From Eledone cirrhosa (lineage: Eukaryota): DNA of 64,000 nucleotides. Where the stretch lies: assembly GCA_964016885.1 (NCBI GenBank), contig OZ024745.1:60698001-60762000 (forward strand). The letters are read 5' to 3'. Made by a program: the position numbers and the translations under genes. The notes under the pieces were generated by a model. It made no database searches. It had not been told where the DNA came from and saw only the letters and a list, made by a program, of their open reading frames with translations. Each line of letters opens with the position of its first letter. Positions within the stretch are counted from its first letter, which is position 1. Shown piece after piece: positions 54,303 through 64,000 of the stretch.

Positions 54303-54341
54303 TGAACCTGAAGATTGCGAAAGCATGAAAGTACTTGTTCA
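54303..54341 (+). ncRNA. Minimal type I hammerhead ribozyme
   Basis: TGAAC-CTGAAGA-tTGCgaaaGCAt-GAAA-GTAC-TT-GTTCA; 5-bp helix I, GAAA-capped helix II, AGTACT palindrome. Confidence 0.87.
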
Positions 54342-54492
54342 ATTAACACTTAACATTTAATATTCTACCATACTATTTCATTCTAATACCATTATAAATT
54401 TTAAAGGATTGTAAATAAAACGAGTAAATCAGACAAAGTTGGAATCCCTTTTATTAATATAATCTTCTATACACAATCATACACAGCCGTGT

Positions 54493-54882
<390 letters not shown>

Positions 54883-55126
54883 GCATGCATGTGTAGATAT
54901 GGATGTTACTGTATGTGTGGATGTGCATGTTTTGAGTTGTATGTATGCATGTGTATATGCTTTGTATCTGTACATGTGTATATGCAGTTATTAGATGCAA
55001 AATTTTTGGAATGTTTTACATATTTTTACTGTTCCATTAATGGATTGTACTTGTAGTTTCCTAACTAGTTGTGTTCTTTCTGTTCATGTGAAGCCTAGCT
55101 TCTCAAGATTTGTATTGAGATGTATG

Positions 55127-55160
<34 letters not shown>

Positions 55161-55261
55161 TGTATGTATGTATGTATGTATGTATGTATGTATGTATGTA
55201 TGTATGTATGTATGTATGTATGTATGTATGTATGTATGTATGTATGTATGTATGTATGTAT

Positions 55262-55861
55262 GGTCACCAGTTGGTGCTACTGGTAACATGTATCCCAATA
55301 CAACCTGTCTCATGGTCGGGTCGTTAGCGACTAAACTGGCAACCCCACCAAGGTTTCTTGGTGAGGAGGGTGACTTTGGACATCCTGCAGGACTAAAAAC
55401 AAAACCTGTCAAAGGGCAAAGGAGCTCTTAAGAGTCAATGGCCATCCAAAATCACCGGGAGAGATGACCCCTTAGCCTTTGTCAAGGCAGAATTCTAGGA
55501 GAAGGAAAACTCTGATATAACACCTGCAACCCTGATGGTATCCAATGATGTTGACTTGTTCTTCTTTTTGGTAAATATCATCTTGGTTAAGAGAGTGGGA
55601 CTGGCTTTGTGCAGTGCCTTTGCTCACTATAAAAGCTTCATGGCACAGGCATTGCTTTATATCTGGAGATCTCTCTGCACTTGTCGTCACATGGTACCAT
55701 GGGCCCAGCACTATGTGTCAATAATTGTCACAAGTGTAGTGTTTGTACCAGAGTTTTCAAGTCGCTGGCTGGACTAAAAAGTCACACTCGTTCAGCGCAT
55801 CGGTAGGGGTTCTCCTACATGGATATAAAGTAGTGGCCGTACTCAAACGAGTTGGCAGCCA

Positions 55862-55863
<2 letters not shown>
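55262..55863 (+). mobile_element. Copy of the bipartite RTE element
   Basis: GGTCACCAGTTGG...TTGGCAGCCACC; preceded by (TATG)n, followed by (AT)n. Confidence 0.8.
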
Positions 55864-55902
<39 letters not shown>

Positions 55903-56183
55903 TTAGAGCATCGGGCTTACAATCCTGAGGTTGTGTGTTTGATTCTCAGACAGAGCTTTGCGTTGTGTTCTTGAGCAAAACACTTTATTTTCATGTTTCT
56001 CCAGTTTACTCAGCTGAAGAAATGAGTTGTGACATCACTGGTGCCAACCTGTATCGGTCATTGCCTTTCCCTGGGACAACATCAGTGGCGTGGAGAGGCG
56101 AGGCTGGTATGCATGGGTGACTGCTGGTCTTCCACAAACAACCTTGCTCGGACTTGTGCCTCGAAAGGGAACTATCTAGGTGC

Positions 56184-56228
<45 letters not shown>

Positions 56229-57359
56229 CGTGTGCGCGTGCGTGTGTGTGTATTTGTGTGTGTGAGTGTGTGTGTGCATACGCGTACATGTATATGGTAC
56301 TTTTAATTATTTACAAAGGTCGGTGGATTGCAGAATCGGAAAAGCGTCGGACAAAACACTTTGTGGTATTTAGTTATCACTTGCTACCTTCTGAGTTCAA
56401 ATCCTGCCAGGTTCAACTTTCATTAGATAAGATAAAGTACCTGTTAAATACTGGTGCGATATAACGCACCTCCCATACTCCCAAATTGCAGGCCTTTTAC
56501 CAATGTTAGAAATACTATCACGGTTCATATAGATCTTTATTGTGAATAATCTTAATACTATTGCTAATAAAAATACCCGGTCAGGTGTGCACTAAATGTA
56601 AGTCTTCACCACAAAAACCTATAAGAAGATATTGTCTTCCTTACATCAACACCCGGGAGTAGTAGGTGAACGTACGATGACGATACGTAAATATACTGAA
56701 ATGCATCCTACCCTCTTTTCTGAAAATGCTGTGAATATGTTTGCAGCTTAAATACTCACAGGAAGACTAAATGTATGTTTATTATATGTAAACATATTGT
56801 ATATGGGTTCATTTATTCTGAATCGCACTGAGTTTAATTTTTATCATTGATTAAAATCTGATTCATGTCTTAAACTTTAAAAATGTGCTATAAACGATCC
56901 GTAAGTATTTCTTTCGTCTTTGACAAGATTGCTGAAGTTGTTCAGTATCTACTGATACTGCTAATCCACCGTTCTAATATTAATTAAATAATGGTTTCTA
57001 ATTTAAGAACAAGGCCAACAATTTTAGGGTAGAGAAAAGTTGATTAAATCGATTACTGGTATTTTTTTTATAGACCCCGTAGGGATAAAAGGCAAAGCTA
57101 ACCTCGGTGGGATTTGAACTCAGAACATAAAGGGCAAATAATGGAAGGTAATATCCATTTGGATTTATTGCAGCATCAAAAATGTATTCAGTTTAAATTA
57201 ATATTTAATCCTACATCTGTAACCAATTTTTTCAGTTTATTATAAAATTGCTTTCTTAGAGAAATGAAAAATATAAGTATAATAAACGCATAAATGTTAA
57301 CGGGACGCTATAGTACAAGAAAGATATAGGGGATATTTCACCACCAACTAACTTACTTT

Positions 57360-57480
57360 CCGCCTCTGGGTTCTGGCTGACAGGATGGACAATGCATTTC
57401 CCCGGAGGATGGCGATGGAGACGCGCTGAAACAGCCCCTCCACCAGGCGGGGCACGCATCTGCGGCAAGCTCACAAAGTC
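57360..57480 (-). mobile_element. CRE-like retrotransposon C-terminal fragment
   Basis: Minus frame encodes LFQRVSIAILRGNALSILSAR. Confidence 0.65.
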
Positions 57481-58139
57481 TCTTCACTATGCTCCTTTTC
57501 TTTTTTCTTTTTTTTGTTGTAAATTTCGATTGATATGACTATCGCATGTCTGAACGAATAAATCTCTGACTCAAAATCCAGTAAGGTCAACATAGATCTT
57601 CGTACATTTTCCCATGTAGTTTGGGTTGTTGCTATATCATGACTAAACCGTTAAATCTCACTTTTCTTCCTGTCAGACCGATGACTCACTCAGAGGCACA
57701 CTGACATTTTTCCCTTCTTCATTCGCCCAAATTCCCTTTTCTTTCTTTCTTTTCACAATATACCCTCCTCTAAGATCCTGACGAGCAAAAGTGTTAGTCT
57801 TTTTTATCTGTTGTACTTGACACTTTGTCTTCGTTCGAACCTCCCCATCTCGCAGTTTTACAATCTATTCACTACCCTCAATATCTTAAATCCAACATCC
57901 ATCCATTCATATTATGTTTCAGAATCCAGTCATTGTTCACACTATATTTGAGAATATATTGCATGCAGAAACAACGTCTAAAAATCCTATCAACCCAACA
58001 CAATCTTCCTGTATTACACATGTCGATCTTGTTTAATTCGAACGCCTGTGAAGAAATGTGGTAATTTTAGCTGCTAGAAACGATAGCCAAACCTGTCTTC
58101 AATGAATATTTTCTAGCTTAGGTATTTAAATATATACAC

Positions 58140-58283
58140 CAGGTTCGAACACAAAAGAACCAAACTCCTACTGTCTCCGCCTCCGTCTCTCCCACTCTCC
58201 CCATTGTGAGCAAATGGGGGCCCACGCGCTGGCCACCCCGCGGCCTCGGCTGACAGAATAGAGAAGGCGTTTCCCCAGAGGAT
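58140..58283 (-). mobile_element. CRE-like 3' end fragment
   Basis: CGAACACAAAAGAACCAAACTCC...GAGAAGGCGTTT matches 40545-40680. Confidence 0.65.
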
Positions 58284-59759
58284 TTTAGATTATTCCCATT
58301 ACACTTCCTTCACATAACAAATATATATTTGTAACAAACCACGAATACGTAACTAAAAAAAAAAAAGATCTAAAAATTTAGCGCTTCAATACATTGTTGT
58401 TACTGATGTTGCTAAGCCCATGTCAGTCCTGATTAAGCAGACCTATGGTCAACGACGTTCCGACCGTGACTAACCTGCTTCTTTCATATATGCAGAGAAC
58501 CCATGACCAGATTATCCAATGTGTCCTTTTCTAAGACAGTGGGAGCAGAAGGAGATTTAGTTGCTATTTCTAGCAGGTAAAAACTGGCGTAGCTTGAGTG
58601 AGTGCCGCCCGGGGCAGCCCTTCAGTTTACTGCCGCTCCCGCTCCGACTCCTCACGTACTCAAATATATACCAACAGATCCAAAAGTGCCCCACCCCAAT
58701 AAAACTGTTACTCGAGTTGGACCGCTCCTATCGTCCCCATCGTTTTAATTACTATTTGTATATGGTAAAGAGAGGATTTTAAAGTAGAGTACGGATGATG
58801 ATGAAACAGTTATTGTCGTTTAATCCAAGATCAGCCCTGGTAGGTCATGCTTATGATAAAAGGCATTCTGGTTATGAACAGCACGTATTTTATTGTGCAT
58901 GGATAACTATAGTGTAGGCGGCGATTTAGCTGAGTCGTTAGAACGTCGGATTGAGTATTTGTTCCGTCTTTTGGCCCTCTTAGTTTAAAACGCACTCAGC
59001 TCAACTCTGCCTTTCATCCTTTCGAAGTCGATAAATAAAATATTAGTTCAGTACTAGGATTGATTCTCCCCCTCCCCTCTCTCTCTATCTCTTTTCACTG
59101 GAAGAAATCGGTTGAGTTCAGACCTCACGAAGGGATGGTGAATTCAAAATATTGAAATTTCTTTTCTTCTAAAGTTTGAAAAAATATTCTTTAGAATAAT
59201 TGAAATGTTTTTTTATTTTCAAATTTAAAAAAAATGTTTTTTCGAAAATTTGAAAAAAACTTTTTTTTTCAAAAATTTAAATCTTCGATATTAATTGTGG
59301 TTTTGGATTACAAAAAAAAATTAAAAAAATAAAAATAATAATTTCTTGATAATTGACATTCTATTTTATGTACAAGTAAATATTGTCTGAAATAGAAACA
59401 TTTGCAGTGGTGGTAAAAAATAGTGTCTCATTCTGTTTAATTTCTTTTGTTCCAAACTATTTGTATTTTTGTTAATATTGGTTTGGTGTGGAGAAACAAA
59501 CTACGTCCATAACCTTTAGAGGGGTCTCCAAGACCAGTAAGATCGATTTGGTTGACTCTCTTCTTGAAGTGAAGGCAAGCGGTTAGGATGCTGGATTCAC
59601 GATCATAAAGCCGCGGTTTTTATTCCAGGCCTGGATGGGTGGTTTTATTCTTGAGAAAAGTAGTTTATTTCAAATTATTATTTCTGCCAGGAGTTGCGAC
59701 TGACAGATAGTACCGGCTTTCGAAAGAACAATAGAAATATTTGTTTGCTTGGCCGGATT

Positions 59760-60130
59760 TGACAATCAGCTTGCTTCTTTTCCTGGAAAAGTTTAAAGTC
59801 TATGAGTACAGGAAACCTGTGCAAGAATGAAACTTCAAACATCCTGCAGCTCTGGTTAAATCGGGGACTAGGAGGGTTGGAACGGACACAATGCGGGGGA
59901 CGAAATGATGAGATAGGTGAGTAGGGGGTGGTTAGTGGAAGTAGCTTGTGACAAGCCTGCTCCGAGGACCAGAGTTCACTGTAGTAGCAATAGAAGAGAG
60001 CGAAAACTGGCATATCTGATGACTGGCATGTCAGCACCATCGTAAGTATGATAACGGAACGCAGCCGTTGAGTTGAGTTAATAAACTGAAGAAGGATGGA
60101 GTATTTTCTAACGCCGAAGTGGAGGGCATT
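59760..60130 (-). mobile_element. Decayed CR1/Jockey-group LINE 3' fragment
   Basis: ALFYCYYSELWSSE and FPVLIDFKLF resemble the LFYRYYxGxCSxE and FPxxYDLxxFK motifs of this group's C-terminus. Confidence 0.5.
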
Positions 60131-60285
60131 ACTGGTACTTTATTTTAACGACCTCGTTAATCTCCATGTTAAAATAATTCCATTGATTTTATAAGTTAAG
60201 GTTCTCATCTGACCTGTGGAGGTCATAGCTTTTATATAAAAGTATTTAATTCTATTTATCGCTATAAATATATAAACATGCGCAT

Positions 60286-60857
<572 letters not shown>

Positions 60858-61468
60858 GGTGGCTGCCAACTCGTTTTCGAGTACGGCCACCACTACTTTA
60901 TATCCATGTAGGAGAACCCCTACCGATGCGCTGAACGAGTGTGACTTTTTAGTCCAGCCAGCGACTTGAAAACTCTGGTACAAACACTACACTTGTGACA
61001 ATTATTGACACATAGTGCTGGGCCCATGGTACCATGTGACGACAAGTGCAGAGAGCTCTCCAGATACAAAGCAATGCCTGTGCTGTGAAGCTTTTATAGT
61101 GAGCAAAGGCACTGCACAAAGCCAGTCCCACTCTCTTAACCAAGATGATATTTACCAAAAAGAATAACAAGTCAACATCATTGGATACCATCAGGGTTGC
61201 AGGTGTTATATCAGAGTTTTCCTTCTCCTAGAATTCTGCCTTGACAAAGGCTAAGGGGTCATCTCTCCCGGTGATTTTGGATGGCCATTGACTCTTAAGA
61301 TCTCCTTTGCCCTTTGACAGGTTTTGTTTTTAGTCCTGCAGGATGTCCAAAGTCACCCTCCTCACCAAGAAACCTTGGTGGGGTTGCCAGTTTAGTCACC
61401 AACGACCCGACCATGAGACAGGTTGTACTGGGATACATGTTACCAGTAGCACCAACTGGTGACCTGAC
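60858..61468 (-). mobile_element. Full-length copy of the bipartite RTE element
   Basis: Reverse complement of 39053-39660, within (TA)n. Confidence 0.8.
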
Positions 61469-61472
61469 ATAA

Positions 61473-61504
<32 letters not shown>

Positions 61505-61653
61505 GTATATATGTATATATATATGTATATATCTATATCTATATGTATATATATATATATCTATATATCTATATGTATATATATCTATCTATATATCTAT
61601 ATGTATATATATATATCTATATATCTATATGTATATATATCTATCTATATATC

Positions 61654-61747
<94 letters not shown>

Positions 61748-62033
61748 CATATATATACACACACATATATATATATATATAGTATTAATTATACTATTTA
61801 TGGTTATGTAAATACAAAAACCTTTTGCAGTTATATATATTTTTATACTATATGTATTTTAACCTGTATTTTAACCTGTATTTTTGATTGTATCTTTTAA
61901 TATGAATGTAATCTCTAAGTGTGTACTGCCACTCTAAATGCTGTAATGAATGTTGACCCACAATATTTGCATATGTATCTGTATGTCTCTTGGGTGAAAA
62001 GGAGGTCATATAAGTGTTCATTCATTAATAAAT

Positions 62034-62080
62034 TGCTCCGAAGAATCCAAACCTCGGTTTGGAGGAAACAGTTGTAAGCA
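62034..62080 (+). ncRNA. Hammerhead ribozyme with U4C substitution (probably decayed)
   Basis: TGCT-CCGAAGA-aTCCAAACCtcGGTTTGGAg-GAAA-CAGTTG-TA-AGCA. Confidence 0.68.
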
Positions 62081-62111
62081 TAAAAATGTTTTGAACAGTT
62101 CTTTGATTCTT

Positions 62112-62172
<61 letters not shown>

Positions 62173-62239
62173 ATATATATGTATATATATATATACATAT
62201 ATATACATATATATGTATATATATATATATATACATAAC

Positions 62240-62573
62240 ATTTTTTCCCTTTGATTTATATGAAATTTAAACCATAGGTAAATAACAAGATATGATGCCT
62301 ATTCACAAAAGTTTTGAATTGATATTTTGAAAAAAATTATATACATGAAACAAAATAAGAATAAGATTTAATAATATAATTTTGATTTGATATATTACAA
62401 AAAATAATGTTTTCCAATTTTTCATGCATTACATTTTACATTGAGTAATATTGAAATGCAGAGTTTTTCTCCATAAATTATATCACTGATTTAAAATCAA
62501 TCATCATCTTCTTACGAAAAAAAAAAAAAAAAAAAAATTGTGAAACGCAGCAAGGTGCGGGTAATTCAGCTAG
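62240..62573 (+). mobile_element. Helitron 3' fragment
   Basis: CGCAGCAAGGTGCG hairpin followed by CTAG|T at 62570-62573. Confidence 0.5.
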
Positions 62574-62713
62574 TATATATATATATATATATACTCTTAA
62601 CACTATGACTTACTAAAGTAAACAAACCACTATCCGGATGGCCTCCAAAAACAACGGTCACCTTTTTGAAAGGGTACGTCAATTATCTATTTGTAAAACT
62701 GTTATATATTGTA

Positions 62714-62774
62714 TTTTGTCTGATGAAGGCATACCATGATTTAACTTGGTATCCTTGAAATATATATAATGAAA
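62714..62774 (+). ncRNA. Type I hammerhead ribozyme
   Basis: TTTTGT-CTGATGA-AGGcATACCAtgatttaactTGGTATCCTt-GAAA-TATATA-TA-ATGAAA. Confidence 0.8.
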
Positions 62775-62865
62775 TAAATATGGTTTTATAAATATAGTTT
62801 CCATTTATTAATATTGTATATCTACTCCAAATATTTGTCGAGTGCTTTATATCAGTTATAATAAT

Positions 62866-63050
62866 TGTTTCTATTTTAGGCACAAGGCCAGCAATTACCC
62901 AGTGCATTACTGGTACTTTATTTTATCGACCCGGTAAGGATGAAAGGCAAAGTCAACCTCGGCGGGATTTGAACTCAGATCGTAAAGGGACGTAACTATG
63001 CTGGAAAGCATGGCGTCCGACCCTCTACCGATACTGCCAATCCACCGCCT
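62866..63050 (-). mobile_element. Full-length tRNA-derived SINE, family A (about 20 copies in the window)
   Basis: Minus strand has A box TGGCAGTATCGG, B box GAGTTCAAATCCC, body GCCTTTCATCCTTAC.GGGTCGATAAAATAAAGTACCAG, AATTATT tail; flanking duplication TATATCAGTTATAATAAT (62848, 63053). Confidence 0.9.
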
Positions 63051-63108
63051 TATATATCAGTTATAATAATATTTGCTTGTTGTATCCCAACAATTTAAAT
63101 TGAACTTT

Positions 63109-63312
<204 letters not shown>

Positions 63313-63664
63313 GTGCATTTTAATGGGGTCGTTAAATTAAAGTACCAGTAATACACTGAGATCGATTTAATCGACTTCCCCCTTCCCTCAAATTGTTGGT
63401 TTTGTGCCTAAATCAGAAGCCATTATTTTGACATGGAGACCATAACCTGGGAAGCGGTTAAGAACGTGGTGGATACATAAGAATAGCTGGTCACAAAGTA
63501 CAGTTAACCTATTGACCTGCCAGTTGCATCGATTTTCAAATGACGCGCTGCAATGCATAACGTGCATAAATAGCATCCAAAACTTATCACGTATATAAAT
63601 AAATCTCCGATGACGTTTTTCCCCGGAGCTAACTTCAGTATCTATCTATCTATCTACCAGTCTG

Positions 63665-64000
63665 TTCTGTAGAACTTTCCGCCATGGACAACTTCCAAAG
63701 GTCCCTGGCCTGGCAGTGCTACCGAGGAGCTCTACCAGTTCGAAATAAGATCTACAGGCACGGACGCCCCGGCAGAGATCCTTTCAAGAGGACGTGTCCA
63801 AGATGCGAGCAGGGCATTGAAACCGTCCTGCACGCAATTGTACACTGCCCGGGCGTAACCCACCTGTGGAACTACGCATAACAACTGCTGTCGCGTATGG
63901 GACAAATCCAGTTGACTGCCGAGTCCATAGTAAGGATCAAACCGCCAACTTCTTTCAAAAACGAGAGGCGGTTTACCTCTGTACAGTGGCTATAATGAAA
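63665..64000 (+). mobile_element. L1/Tx1-clade LINE fragment (CCHC zinc-knuckle region), runs off window
   Basis: FQRSLAWQCYRGALPVRNKIYRHG...CPRCEQGIETVLHAIVHCP...LW; in-frame stop at 63879. Confidence 0.8.

Overview
AT-rich, microsatellite-saturated eukaryotic DNA with no recognisable host-gene exon. Repeat content suggests a coleoid cephalopod such as Octopus (inference, not proven). Almost all ORFs in the track are artefacts of (TA)n/(CA)n/(TATG)n/(GTA)n repeats. Supportable content: many copies of two tRNA-derived SINE families, five young copies of a ~605-bp internally deleted RTE-type element, fragments of RTE, CRE, CR1-group and L1/Tx1 LINEs, non-autonomous Helitrons, hAT and Tc1/mariner MITEs, and a 2.2-kb ACT/ACC minisatellite. 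The hidden signal is non-coding. By eye I count 22 type I hammerhead ribozyme (HHR) motifs from roughly a dozen distinct short element families, almost all embedded in (TA)n tracts. Most have a minimal palindromic helix III of the kind known from Penelope-like elements and retrozymes. Many of these inserts are asymmetric head-to-head foldbacks. One locus is a 310-bp HHR monomer arranged as 2 tandem plus 2 inverted copies (27164-28297). Two HHRs carry a U3:A8 core covariation, and several families share an ACTC...GAGTRC 3' hairpin. All motifs were parsed manually and ribozyme activity is untested.
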